Positions 1 through 14,200 of a DNA stretch of 64,000 bases are shown in pieces (position 1 is the first letter of the stretch; each line of letters opens with the position of its first letter). The notes beneath the pieces were generated by a model. The model worked only from the letters and a program-made list of their open reading frames with translations, was not told the origin of the DNA and ran no database searches. Origin of the DNA: Phoronis australis (taxonomy: Eukaryota > Animalia > Phoronida); contig NMRA01000073.1 of the NCBI GenBank assembly GCA_002633005.1, positions 785,036-849,035 on the forward strand, read 5' to 3'. The position numbers were made by a program, and so were the translations under genes.

Positions 1-189
1 TGTGAATGCCCACAATTTTTCAAAATTTTGGTCATGTTAACTGTGGTATAAAATTTGAACATGGAAACTCATCTTTATTAATAAGTGCTATACATTGTTT
101 CATGGAAAAAATGATGAAGTAAAATTCCACTTGTTTGCCATAATATGCAGAAAATTATGAGTCATTACTGAACTTAATCGAGATGAAAG

Positions 190-520
190 GACATCGTTTC
201 GCAAGCATCTGCTGGCTTTTTCAAGACTGTGCGACCTCTAGTGGATTCGGTCAGAGTTGAGATAATCGGCAGGAAACTTCAGTTAGAATCCTGTCAAAGG
301 TGCATCTTAGGTTGAATTTCAAGCCACCTCTTTGGTTCAAAGCTCCATTTTCAATTCTTACATACATACAATCCATGACTCCCCATTCAAGGAGACGGAG
401 TGTATATGGAAAGTAAGTTCAGTAATGGCTACTTTTCTGCATATTATACTCGTATTGAATGAGTCATAACATTCATCGATTTGTTTGTCACAATGTGTCC
501 TAAATTGGTAAAATTTTACC
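190..520 (-). mobile_element. Penelope-like element 3' remnant (GIY-YIG endonuclease C-terminus plus hammerhead-like motif)
   Basis: The minus strand near 385-250 reads GVMDCMYVRIENGALNQRGGLKFNLRCTFDRIL, resembling the Penelope endonuclease tail (ERGVKEAIYVR..LNRGGGLRHNL). It is followed by TTGAAAAA-GCCAGC-AGAT-GCTTGC-GAAAC-GAT-GTC at about 229-190. Confidence 0.6.
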
Positions 521-2540
521 GTACTCATCTGAGTGAAAGCCAGGGAGGTTAAATTGGGAGATTCAAAAACAGGGGAGACGATGTTCATTAAAACAAAATT
601 TTCAAACTTTAAGTTGGCAATGGACGTCTGTCTCCATGGTCGATTTGTTCGCCATCATGGTTTGTGCACACAAGTACGATGACAGAATGCACACAGGCCA
701 AAAGAACAAGACCTCATCTTTTACAGAAACACTACTATTGCAAAGCATTGAACTGTGCCCGCAGTGCACTACAATCTGCACTACAATCGGTGTGTTTCTC
801 GAGTGCTGATTGATGCTTCTTGTAAGGTACAAAGAAAAAACGACTTCACCACAAGGGGTAGAAGCAACAGTCAGAATGTTTTGTCTCATCTTTAAAACTC
901 ACCTCAAATCAAAAAGTTAGATCAGTCTTCAACACTTGCAACAAAGCAATGAATCATTTTACAAACTAAAAGGATGCTAAGCAGTTCTAGTCTACATCTA
1001 CAGAAAACAATCATGAGGTTTGGCAAATACAACTTATACAGACAAAAATCATCATAGTGGACACAGCACTTCCTAGAATCTGTTTAAGATGTTAACTGCC
1101 ATCATCTCCAAAATGGAAGAGCTACAAGAAGGTGCCAATGAGGTCAAAGCCGCCTGAATTGACCAATCACATAACTCTATATCAAGTTTAAAAGAGATCA
1201 GTTCACTATCTCTAGAAAGACTTTTCCTCCCAAAAATAATGATTGAGCAACAGAGATGGTACTAGGAGGTGACGTAGTAGTCGAATTCAACCAAAATTGA
1301 AGTTGTATGGGCATCATACGCCTAGCACCACTTTTGAAATCTATCAATTAGTTCAACAGACAGCATCCAAAAACGCCCTTTCCCAAAAATACGGAAAAGC
1401 ACCGCCTCATAGCACCAAAGCACTGGTACATTAAAAAGAGGCATGCATTTTCCTAGTGATGCCAATACCCTAGAACCAAAATTCGTAAAAATACATCATT
1501 TTTTTATATTGACTGACCAACTGGACACCAGGACAATCAGACAAAATGGCCACTAGTGGGTGGTGCAGTGACATCCCATATCCCTGTGATTGCACCCTTA
1601 TGCCAACTTTCATCAAGATCTTACGACCAGGGAAACTGAGATATGGGGAAGACACCCACACTAACAAGACATCCGCACATGACAACGGCAAAATACAATC
1701 ACATATCCTTAGTGGGTGCATAAAAATTGGGTATTTTGCCACCCGAATATGGCAAAGAGAAACAAGCTGAAATTTCAGCTAAAATTATCATCTCAGAAGG
1801 ATGTATACGCAGTTGTCACTTGACTGTATGTTAGGCTTTCATAAAAGTACACGTACTCATCATTGACCACCATGATTGTAACCGGCCTCCAGTAAAGGAA
1901 GCATATGCCAGCACTTATCACAATAGGCCAAACTGCCTCCTCCATTTTGACATCATATTCCATGGCACATGTAAAAATGGCCAATAGCTGATATGGGCAA
2001 TGGAACGAAGGACTATTCGAAAAAAATTTGATTGCGGGAGTAATTGTTTGAGCTTCAAGAAGAGTCAGACATATATTTAAACAGCCTGCTGAGGTGTCCG
2101 ACCATCTATACACCAAAGATACTATAGCAACATGAGTTTGATGATTTAATGAGTGAGAGGCATAATTCGATGGAATTCTACAGGTATATGGAATGCCCAA
2201 GAGACTATCACCATGTCTACTGGGGCAAGTTGAGACGGTGATACTGTTGCAGCCTGAACTGATGCCTGCATCCAACTGATTTGGCGCTCTTGGGCGCAGG
2301 TTGGTGAACAAAACTGATGCCTGCACCAAACTAAAGCTATCGTAAGTTCCCAAATTAACGCAAGTGGTTTATGGATTATATGATACTTATCAGAACCCAA
2401 AATTGACAGCAGCAAGTGCTTAAATAAGCAGGTCACATGAAGGAAGTATCCTACGAAACCATTACGCACCTCACCGTTGTTGTAGATGTGCTTCCGGTGA
2501 ATTATATGAGCCTCTGTTAGCTACTCGCTAACGGGCAATT

Positions 2541-2610
2541 GCCTATTAGCTGAATGGTTAGCACACTTGCCGGTTTTATGGGGGTCGCTGCTTCGATCCC
2601 CGGGTCGGGT
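2541..2610 (+). repeat. tRNA-derived SINE head or tRNA pseudogene
   Basis: A-box-like TAGCTGAATGG (2547-2557) and B-box-like GCTTCGATCCC (2590-2600) at tRNA spacing. The acceptor stem is degenerate, so this is not a functional tRNA call. Confidence 0.4.
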
Positions 2611-4838
2611 AATCTCGGCTGATACTACACCGTATTCAATGTCATTAATTTCAGTTCCAATAACAGTTAAAAACCCATATAAACCATTGGCAGTAATTTG
2701 GGAACTTACACTAGCTTCAGTTTGACTTATCAACCCACGCCAAATGAAGTGCAGCAAACTGATCTGGCAATAGTTTGGGCTGCAACAGTATACCGTCCAA
2801 TACAAGGTCTGCTGTTGCAGTCATTAAAGAAATAATGGGTCATGGACGTGTCAGTTATTACACAAGCCTTGTATATCAGAAACAGCAAACCTGGTACTCT
2901 TGGTTAACAATGCATCTTTGCTTAATCTTAAAAGTGTTACTTGAGACTTGAGTGAATATAATCACTTCCCTCGTAAAATAGTTGCTCTTAAGATCACTTG
3001 TTAACTTTAAACAGAAAAGGCTTTAACAAATTTATATTTTTCATTCTTTTAAACAAACACAGGTAAGGCTTTTGCGTTGCATTCTGAACATACTAAAATA
3101 AATGAATGGCCTTGGTTGCAGACATAACCACACCAGGAAGTGCCTTGCTTGAAATAGGCCAACGCCAGGACCGAACTGTGGAAGAGAGCCCAGCATTTAA
3201 AAAAGTTAATTACTGCCCGAAAACAGGAAAAAATCTCTTACCAACTCCATATTTCTTGTCCGTTGTTGGTCTCCACATAGTGCTCGACATGAGAACAACT
3301 ACTTGAAACCTTACTTCCGCGATCTAAATAACTGAAATACTGAAAACTTCCTTCATCGTGAACTTGGCACTGAACTGGTCATCCGATACGTCATGCTAAA
3401 ATCGATTAAAATGTTGCATTAAATTCAAAGGTTTACAAGTAAATTTTTGAAAAAAACCTAAGAAAAGTTCTTTTTAACACATTTTTATCTTTGATAGAAA
3501 ATATTATAACTGCTTCTTCTTAGATCGGCGACTCTAGTTTTCAGAAACACTTTACATGACAATAAATTTTTGCTTGCCAATTCCTAGATATTACTTAGTA
3601 TTTGAAAGTTAATGTTTGAAATAAGCAAGTTATGTCAGTAGCAAAGACAGAAACCTAAAAATACATTTTTAAATATTTGATAATAATTTATTCTTTTTTT
3701 TGGGATTTTTTCGCATACTCTAAAACATGAAATGGAAAACTTTCTTGGATACGAAATGCTAGCTTTGTATTAGTGGAGGGATTCCCCAAACAAATGTCCA
3801 CCCTTCCAGTTTCAACGTATTGTTGGTAAGTATTTTCTCCCGGGCATGTCTGTTTACTTAAGTTCTTCTTTTTCCTTTTGGTTTAAGTGACCACAATCTC
3901 TCCAGAGTATCACTGAATAACAATGAAGATCAACGAAAACGAGAACAACTATAAACGGTGTAGTAATAGCCGAGATTAGGAATAGGGGTCACAGATTTTG
4001 AGCCCCTGTTATTACGGTACTGCTGTGTTCGGAAGTGTAATTTGTAGATCATTGTGGTATAGTCTACTCACAACTATTCCGTCATCTCTGTGATGTAGTC
4101 CATTGTTTTCACTACCCTTTTCCAAATTCGCGTCTATAACAGGAATTTTAGAGTGAGCTTGTGAGTACAGGATTTTCAAGTAGTTAAAATTATTGTCAAA
4201 AGTCTTCTTGAACCTTGTTGGGCATCCAAATAATCAAATACTGTCAAGGCTAGGCATGTAGGCGACTATTGCAGTTTCAACATTTTCTTCTTCTTTATTT
4301 GTACACAGGGCCATCAAAAAGTGCAGCAAACAAACAAGATCATTGTGGTGCTATGCACACTAGTCAGCACTACGCAAGCTGTTCCATTTTGTAGATAGGT
4401 GGTATACATATTTCACAACTGAGGTATCAGGATTACATAACAGTCTATCAAATTTAAACATAGAGGGACTTGTCCAGAGGCTCTCACTTTGCTTTGATTT
4501 CGGAAAAAGTGTCGCAAACTAATAAAAACTGTTATTCATCCTCAATACAATTCCTCGAGTATAATGTACACTCTGTCTTGATATATCACATTTACGTGAC
4601 AACTAGTTTTTACTGCCAGTCTGTGGTTTGCACTTTGAAAACATGTAAAACTTTGCACAAACATTCTTTGAAGATTATCAAATTACAAATAGTTTTCATG
4701 TTCAAATACAACCTGAAAATAAATATGTAATAGTTTAACTTCAGGAATCAACATCAGACTGCCATCTTTGCAAAGCACAGTCCTTAACACGTTGTGAGAA
4801 AGTATTTACAAACGACTCTTGACACGTGACTCCTTGGT

Positions 4839-6136
4839 TTACCCAAATATCATAGAAACCATACATTGACAATAAATTGCAGACTGAGCTTGCCCAATTT
4901 TACATATATGTCTACCATTTTCATCTAGTCTGTACAACATGTAAGCTGGATAACATTCCTGTGGCATATTCAAAATTTTAAACCAGTATTTACTACAGCT
5001 AACAAAGTGTCTTGTAAACATAGGGTATCTGCCATTTTCACCCAATACTACAGCATTAGAGCAAGAACTGCGTGGTCCCAAGGTCCATTCACAAAATTTT
5101 AAATGATTTTTTTCTAAACACTCATATTCTTTCAAACCCCAAATCTCGGCACCATAACACAATGTTGGGTACACCAGTTTATCAAATAACTGAAAGGCAA
5201 GTGATGGGGACATGTGGTGACATCTGCATTGTAGTTTCAAAACACGTGATGCAGCTTTAATTGCTTGACAAGAGAGAGTTTAATTGTCGCTTTTGACCAT
5301 GACAATTTAGGTGTGATAAAAACATCAAGATATTTATTTATGAAATACAACATCAACTTGCTGTTATTTAAAAAACATTTCTCATACTGTCTTAAGGGAC
5401 CTCCATTTCTAAGCACAATTATTTTGGTTTTCTTTAAATTCACACCATACCCCATGAATCACAATAATCACTGAGATAATTTATCATGTCATGTGCATAC
5501 AATAGTGAATTAATATTTGTAGCATGCTCATATAAGTAGATACTATTTATATCACTACGTGAATTGAGTTTTTCTAAAAACTCATTGAGATACAAAACAA
5601 ATAGCAGTGGGCTTTGGCAGCCTTGACGAGTACCAATAGTGCAATTAAATGAGTCTGTTAAACCATCACACGTTTTAACACGTGATCTCAACTTGCTATA
5701 TACATTGATCGCAGAATTGATAACATATTACCATGAACATTAATTTGCATAAGCCTAAGTAAAATAAGGGGTACTCGATCAACAGCTTTTGAAAAGTCAA
5801 TAAATGCACAATAGAACCTGCCACCCTTCTTGCTTATGTGTTTCTGACATATTGCATACAAAGATAATATATGATCCACAGTCACGTAACCCCTGCGATA
5901 CCCTGCCTCAGGGCTTCAAAAAGTTGACCATTACTTTCGGCCCAGTTATACAATCCGTTATTCAGTATTCTGGTAAAGAGCTTCCCAATAGCCAACAGAA
6001 GCGAAATGCCTCTATAATTATTCTCATCGTCCACGTTACCTTGTTTAAACAATGGAATTAACATCGCATTGAACCAAGCCTGGGGATAGAAACCTGACAG
6101 GAAAATTATATTGAACAACTTAATAATATGCAGCAT
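4839..6136 (-). mobile_element. Degraded non-LTR retrotransposon reverse transcriptase (frameshifted fragments)
   Basis: Colinear fragments LIPLFKQGNVDDENNYRGISLL, YCAFIDFSKAVDRV, GTRQGCQSPLLFVLYLNE, LLYAHD (decayed YADD), KTKIIV and LFDKLVYPTLCYGAEIWG lie in several frames. Confidence 0.9.
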
Positions 6137-6479
6137 TCAATATTTTCATGACTAAGCAACATACCTCAACGTCGTCAAAGATTGCCAAGAAGAACAGCAA
6201 GAGAAAAGGGGAGAAATCCACTTCTGAAAAAAATTCAAGGAATATCAACAAACTATAATTCCTGAAATTCGTTTAGAAAATATATTCATGATTGAGTTGT
6301 TGCACAAACATGAGGTACTTTGTTTACTGATGTGACTCGGAATGGGGGACTGTTGTAAATGTACTTTATAATTTTGTCCATGGATTATCTGGAATTTTAC
6401 AAAAATCGTGCATAGCAAGTGTATTTTGTTCAGCTTCTCGTTAAAAACTTAAACACATGATTTTGTTACCATTTTTTAC

Positions 6480-6890
6480 CATTCGCTTTATCTGCTAAAG
6501 CTGTGTTTCCTCCTATTTAGCTGGCTAAAAATGAAAATTGTGTTGGTCCTTATAACTTGAAATCAGTCTCATGATTCCTTAAAATGATAGGGTTTAATTT
6601 CCATACCAACTCAAACATTAGGAATTCTTAATTTTAGGCTTGCCCGACCCCAATAAACACTGAAGTGTTTCTCCAATCTTTTCGAATTCCTAAGTTTTGG
6701 GTTGGCTAAGCTCAATATACTCTGAAGTATTTTTGAGCTGCTAATGGTTTCAGTGTTCTTGTTGCTAATGGAGATCTATAGAATCCTATCACAGTAAGGA
6801 ATATGAGACTGAATTTTATATGAGGGTAGAAGGACTAAAATTCAATTTTCGTTTTTTACGTACTACTGAGCTAAACAAGTAAAATCCAGG
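6480..6890. repeat. Degenerate inverted-repeat (MITE-like) element; related copy at about 8630-8890
   Basis: The reverse complement of 6515-6595 matches 6781-6880 (cctatca..taaggaat.atgagactga...gctaaa). The same arm recurs around the MITE at 8663. Confidence 0.45.
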
Positions 6891-8662
6891 TTTACATTTA
6901 TATAAAATGTTTTTCTTTTTTTAGCGTGACTGATGATTGGTAATATTTTGGCGTTGTGTTAGTGAGCCTTCACCAGTTGTCTTCAAATTGCATCGCTACC
7001 AGTTAAGAACTCAGAAAAAAACTGCCGTAGTAGCAGGAAAGAATGTCTGGTAAGAACAAAGGTCCAGATGGATTGAAAGTTTGTGTTTGTGTTGAGTGTT
7101 AGTGTTGAGTGTTAGTACTCTCCGGGTGAAGAGTTTAACCAGCCTGATAATGTTCTTCAGAGTTTGTTCAGCTCAACAGTCCTATACATTATTGTCCAGC
7201 ATGGCTGTACAGTGTACCTGCNTGGCTACTAGTCCTAAGCACTGTTCCGTTCTTTATCCTTTAGAGAGGAAGGCGGACATTATTAGTGGCATTTGTGGTT
7301 ACATTTTGATTTTTGGTTATCATCAGGGGTAAATTTTTAAAATTTTTAATTCCGCAGGTTCTATTTAGTTATGCGTGTGACACTCCACCAGAAGTGACAT
7401 TCGCGAACTGAATCGTTCACCCCCAGTTTTGTAAATGTGGTGATTCATTCCAGATATCTGATTTTATACTTTTTCCAAAAACTGCCGTTATTAGTTGCCT
7501 TCAACTAGTATTCTCAGACAATTGAGAGGGAGTTATAGTCACTTTTTGATCTCCAGTGAATTAGAAATGGCTGGATCGAGACAGTGACAACAAAAACACG
7601 AATCACATGCATGGTGAAGCTGTACTAGTTGATGGCCTTCGACACTAAAGTGACCTAATTTTGCATATGCATGGGTGACACCAACTCTGTGGCCTTGAGT
7701 TTCTAACAGTGGCTACAGCTGACTACAATTTGCACTTCAAACATGCATTCCTTGCAGATGGCAACAGCTCAGAGAACTGAATTATAAACAGTATGGCAGC
7801 CTTCTTCAGAACATCTTCAGAACGTGTTCATAAATTAACATGATCTCTGCCTTCATGTTCCTTATGTTATCTAAAGGTACTAAATTTGCCGCATGCACGA
7901 AAGTTTTACATTACTTTAGCTGTGGCGTGAATTGGCAATGTTGCATTCTGGACATCAATGAACCAACTCCTGATGGATCTTGTCATGCATCGTAAACTGG
8001 TGAAACGGAACTCCTATACCCTTCGAGAGCTTGTGATGTGTACATAATTGTACGCAACAACTTCCACAAATAGTGAATAAGACTCAAACATGTCCGATAT
8101 CAAACACAGGACAAAGTACATGACTTGTAAAAAGTGAAGCTGGCGGGAAATGATTTGGGCCGCATGCTTCACTTCTGGACTGACGCATGTGGGGAAATAT
8201 TCGGGTCGCGGGCATCACTTTAGGGTGACGTATGCATCATTAGTTAGAGCCCTGGGGAATTCGAGTAACTACACTAACTTGGAAATTTATCTAGGATATC
8301 AAAAAAACGCAATTTAACCAGAAGTGACACTGAAAACAAATTGCCTTTCCCTCGAAAGTGCATTCGACTGAGCATCATTTTTCACTGGAAACCTGGAAAG
8401 TAATCGAGGATTATTATGATTGCTATGTAATAATGTGTTAATTAGCTGCTTTTGAGTGTTTGGTGATTGGCGTGACAAGCATATAGTAGAGTGAGCCAAT
8501 CACAAGAGCAGTTATCAAATTGGAAATCTTTATGCACCATGTGTGACATTTTGCCGTGTTTTTAACTGTCTGAAAAACTTACAATTGGTCTCATAATATC
8601 ACTTACCATTAAAGGATTCTATATCTGCTACCTGTGTTCTTCTTGGTAACAGAAATAGGATT

Positions 8663-8793
8663 CAGTGGCGGATTTAGAGGGGGCCCAAAGGGGCCATTTG
8701 GCAGTTCGGGGATGCGAATGTCTGAGGGGTAAAATCCTAGTTAATACTCTGCTCTGCCTCCCCCCCCAAGTCAAAATCCTGCATCTGCCCTTG
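8663..8793 (+). mobile_element. MITE, CAGTGGCGGAT-terminal family
   Basis: Begins CAGTGGCGGATTTAGAGGGGGCC and shares its internal sequence with the copies at 18157-18303 and 26966-27129. Confidence 0.75.
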
Positions 8794-11221
8794 GAATCCT
8801 ATCATGGTAAGGACTGTTTTGAGACAAATTTGTTGAGAGTAAAATGCCTGATCCTATCTACAATTGTTAGCCAGCTAAACAAGACGAAATGCAACATTAC
8901 TTTAACTTAAGAAAACCTTCTATTTTGTTAATTTTGTAATTGAAATTGAATATACCATGGGACATGTATTGCTATGCGGAAAGGTAGAAGATTGGTGACA
9001 ATGTCGACACACAGCATAACCTTGTAAATGGTGCTCATAAGCATGTTTGCATCACTAGAAAGTCTGCGTCAGTAGTCCATTGCTGTTAAGATGTCGTAAA
9101 TAATACAGTTTTCCTGCAGCCAAAGTTCAGTTCTATGAACCAATGTGAAGAGAACTAGACGCTCTAGAGATTTGGAGCTAGAACTAAAGTACGCTAGGTC
9201 GTGTATGGTCTTGCAATGAGTGTATGGATGTTCAATACATGAGACTTCTAACTTGAGTTATGTAGCTTTAGATTTATGTCTAGGCTGAATTTTGCCAACT
9301 TCCGAACATCATATCACTGAAATGGCTGATCAGATTCATACGAAATTTTAATGCTAGACAGTGCTGTTTAAAACTGGTCTTGAAAAGTCTGTTGTTTTTA
9401 AATTGTTTCACTTTTGCATGATGAGCATTGGGTTTCTTTTGGAATCAAATTCTTAATCTGTAAGCTCCTCACTTTTAGAAAATACTTTAAATTTAGCTAA
9501 ATGCTCAGACTTACAGAGACTTGTTGTAACTCAGGTCTGTATCTGCAAGTCCTGAGGAAGAAGTTAATTGCTATGTTGTTTCTCATTATTTCAGAGCGCA
9601 AAAAAGCGGATGACGAAGTGCACAGGTTAACCTATCTAAAAAGGGAACTTGTAAGTAGGATAAAACCTTTTGAATGATCAGCGAATTCTTTTCGCTTCAT
9701 CTTAACATATAAAGTGAGTCGAGTTTGGTAACATGTTTTCAATGAAGTACGTAACAATTTTGTATGTTTTATGGTATAGGATCCTAGAAAAATATATGAT
9801 CTGCATAAATCCATACTTGTCACAGGACTTGGAATTTTCCTTTTTTAAAAGGATTTCATCTTTTTTAGTTTCGATTTCCTCTTATTTAATTTACAGTTTC
9901 CTCTATTTTCCTCTCTTTTTTATCATTATTTTGACTTTATTCATGCATTTGTTTCAGTTACATTTTACAACACAAAAAATATTTCTGTCTTACCAGCCTA
10001 TTTATTTATGGAGGGATATATCACACGGAAAATTTTCCTCTTGTTTGTCATTGGTCATTCCAAGCCCTGTCGTCAATAATCGCCTACATAATCTCAACAT
10101 TTGAGTTGAAAATCAGCATATTTTTATCAGTAATTCTATGTGGTCACTGTTCTCAAATCAGTGATCACTCTTGCCTTGCTATATATTTCACAACAGTGAT
10201 GTCAAACTTCTAATTAGATATTATCAGGCAGCTAACTTTCTCGAATTACTAGGCAGAAAAAGCCATTGTTTGTATAAATTGTTCCAAGCAAAATGCAGCA
10301 AGTGTAAAAAGGGAATTAATTTCATCTTTAAGGGTTTTTTATCAGTTTGGCACATTCTACTTTCTAAAAGATTATTTTGAACCTTTTCTATGAAAATGAA
10401 TTAGTAGAAATTAGCAATTCTTTAGTCAGTTCAAGTAAGCTGTGGGCTCTTGTTTTTTCCTTTGTGATAACTGTGTCCCATGGCCAAGCTGTCCACCACA
10501 ACCCTGTTACATAACAATTACACATTTGAAGTGAGCAGTGACATCAGATACAGATAGTGAAATTCAATTGTGACCAGTTCATGACTTGTGGCTTAAAGAA
10601 CTGTTATTTTTCATTGCTTTCATTTTAATTCATAAGAACTTAATAACTATCATGGTTAAAAACACTTCTCATATCACATAAAATATGCAGAATTTACCAG
10701 AAACACCTTCTAAATTAGCCACTTCTAAAAAAATGATGGCATTTGCCCCTTGCTTGAGGCTTAACGCCCACCCTTGTAGACCTAGAAGTCAGTGTTTTTA
10801 TTTCTATTTCTATCTGTGAGGGAAGTATTTTCTGTATTGCCTCAGATGAATCATCCCAGGTTTTGTTACACGTTTGTCGTGGTGACGTTAAGTGTGTGTT
10901 ACTACGCCATGCTTCAGGGATGAAAAAATTAGTTTGCCCAGTTTCTAAAAAAAATTTTTGAAACCTTGAGAAGATTAGATGAGGAAGTGTGTGAAGACGC
11001 ATTAATTTTATGTTTATTAGAACTAATTCACTGTTTTTGTTTCAATTGAACTGGCACGTTCATTTTTTGTTAAAGGCATCATGGACCTTTCATGTTGACT
11101 TCTTTTAACTAACATGAAATTAATAGAAATAGGCTGATTTCACAAAATTTACAGTAAAAGACCTAATTCATTTTTCATTTTAGCCATTAATTAAACATCT
11201 GTTGTTATCTTTGATTCTCAG

Positions 11222-14200
11222 GAGGCTGAACTGCCCAAGAGTGAAGTGACCAGAATTGTCCAAGACATAGCCAAGGATGTATGTTAACTTTGTCTGTTAT
11301 TTGTATTGTTACGTTTATCAAAGATTTCTGAGACCTGCAATCATATATTAGGACTCAGAGTATTGATTCTGGGAATTATTAGTGTATACTTACTTTGTTA
11401 AAGACATCACTGTTTTTTTTTTCAGAATACTGCATTTTGTAAAATATAGTGATGCTGTAATTACTATTACTGACTTAGAGTTTACTCAATAGCATGTAAC
11501 TTCACAGGACAATTATTTAAATTTAGTGATGTGCAAATGACATTTTTTTTCTAAATTTTATCATATTAGTCAATATGGCTGGGGTTGGGTGGCCCCAGAT
11601 ACATATCCTTACAATACAATTTACAGTATATCATACAGAACAGTTATTTTGAATCAGAACTCATAGTGATTGGGTGCTCAATTAGCATAAGTTCATTATG
11701 CAAATGAGAAATGGTATTCAGGGTACAGTTGAGACAGCTAGTAAGCAGTTTTAATGAAATGCAGTTTTTTGTTTTTATAAAATAAAATTGTTTGTTACAG
11801 GACACTTTAAGTCAAGAAGACAAGGAACGACGGCTAAAGGAGAAGATCACAAAGCAACTGACAGGAAGGGTAACCACGGTTGTATTATCTTTAAAAGGGT
11901 ACACAGAACAGAGGTCTGTCTCATGGAAAGTGGCTTAAGAGTTAAGTCGGAAATTTGGTACTATGCTCCACACAGATATTTCTGAAATATAATTAAATCT
12001 CACTTGAGCAAAAATGCAGTCTCTGAGAATATATATTTACTGAATTACTGTAAATTATTTCTTTGGCTCGTAATTACTTGACTGAACCTCACAAATTGTA
12101 GAGTGGGAGGGTAAGACCAGATTTCTGTCTTAAGTCTTAGGCACTTTTCATAAAACAGACCCCGCCGCGGTACTGAGTTCTATTTTCCCAATGGATTTTA
12201 GCATGATCACATCCTTCGCTTGTGATTCACAGTGATACTTGGCAAAAATTTTCGCTTTATTTTGCATTTTCACACATCTCCGGAATGCACACTTGCTGTT
12301 AAGGCTGTATGTAACCTTAAAGGCGAAGGCAACCTTTTTCCATGTCATTTTGAGCTAAAATAAGGTTGGTTGGTTATCCTAGACGTATTTTTCACTTAAT
12401 TACAGCTTTTCGTAATTTTATTAATTACTCGTCCGCTTTTCCGGAAGTGACGTTTTAGGAGGCAAGCGCTTCCCGCCACTTGGTTTTGCGTTGAGCTTAC
12501 TGTGCGAATCTGTTCTATTCTACTTTTGTTTTGTGCTATTTTTCACCAATTGTCGCCACCACTTTCCATCGGCGAGTATTCNAAACCCACAACAAATGTA
12601 TTCTATGTTTTGTAGAAACCCCCAAAAAACGTATTCTATGTTTTGTACAAACCCGCAACAAACATATTCTATGTTCTGTATTGGCTAAGATGTCTTGTTG
12701 CTCGTACTGAAGTTGCAAATTGTGCTTTTTTCAGAATATCATGCGGATGCCTTGTCCTCATACTTCATTTCGGTAAGAAGTGTTCCTGTCAGTCCACTTT
12801 CCATAGCATTTGGGGTGTGTACCGCCCTTTGACACCTAGTGAAGGGTGTTTGCAATACGATCTCAGAAACCATCTAACTGTTCTACAGTGTTTCGTTTGC
12901 CAAATGTTACCCAACTTATTTCATCGAGATGTTAAGACAGCCTTGAGTCTGGTGTGACAGGATCTATACTCTTGGATCAAAATACTGCGTTAAGTCTCAT
13001 CTTTCCACCCACTTCTCTCTATCTGCCAGTCATTTAAAAGATTTGCAAATAATTTAGGGCCTAAAGAAAGCATCCCATGCTTTGCTGATTTTTAAATGGA
13101 TACTAGATATCCTGGTTTTCTGCGGTTATGGAAAATAGGTGGAATTCTCAGAATCTGACTTCTTTCACGGAATTATAAATTTCAGATGAAATTTTTATAT
13201 TTCAATAGCAAGCAGCATAATTCTAAATAAAATGTTTTCCTTTTAATTATCATAAATTGAGACTAATCCATAAAATTCAATATCATAGGAGACATGACAA
13301 GTAGTTATTCATTGTTTCTGACGGCCGTGCTGTTTTTTGGGGTTTTGATAATGATGCAGCAAGTCATCTGTAAAACAGAGCTGTGACATTATTCAGTACT
13401 TTGAAACTGTAAAACAGAAAACGGAATGTTATGTTTGCTAGAATGGATTATGTGACTGTTAACTTTTTAAAAAGAGAAAACCATCATCTAGATACTAGGT
13501 TTTGTCTAGTGCTCCCCTACCCCTAGTGGCCATTTTATTTAAAGATTTTATTGTCTGCTGTCTAGTGTCGTCAGCTTCCAATCCTCATCTAGACTTCATT
13601 CTGTCAATGACAACTCCAGAGTAGTGTTCCTTTGACCAAATTTCTTGCAACAAAAGCAAGATCTCACAAAAAACAACTTGAGTGAAAGGCGAGTGTTTCA
13701 CCAGTTTTGCTCGGCAGCTTATTAAACTATCATAAAGATAGCAAAATGGCGGCCATTGAGGTGATTGGTCGATGGGGTTGGAATGTTGCATTGTGGGATT
13801 GAGTTCACTCCTTCCACTCGAGGAGCAAAGATTTTTTTGCTGTAAGTAAAGCTAGTGTCTTGCAGTATACGTAACACAACCCTGATAAAAGGAATAGTGT
13901 TGTGCAGCTTGGAGACACTGTCTTGTATTTCCTCTGTGTTGGCGTCTCTGTCCACCAATATCCATAAGGGACGTATATCTGGACGGAAGAATGGTCAGCT
14001 CTTGCCATGTTTGTGACAAACCTGACAAGTGTTGCTCTCCAATGACAATTTTTTAAATTAGTAATTTGAACTGAGCCATTTCCCCCTTGACCATATTGTA
14101 TACAAACTTTTTTGTGGAGTTCACTTTTTTGGAAGTTTTGAATTCCAAAAATAAAATGAGGCTTGACAGCTTTATGTACACTCGTGCATTTTAGCTGGGT

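Noticed and set aside
3100-3360. Possible minus-strand first exons (GTAAG donors, short intron with a CAG acceptor)
   Set aside because: The spliced product is short and unrecognisable, so it cannot be supported without transcripts.
9595-9625. Candidate upstream exon of the MYND gene
   Set aside because: It has good splice signals, but direct joining to 11222 puts a TGA in frame. It would need an unseen intervening exon, so it is left out.
12583-12680. 33-bp repeats as a CRISPR array or coding repeat
   Set aside because: A simple tandem repeat without spacers beside an assembly N. The overlapping ORFs are incidental.
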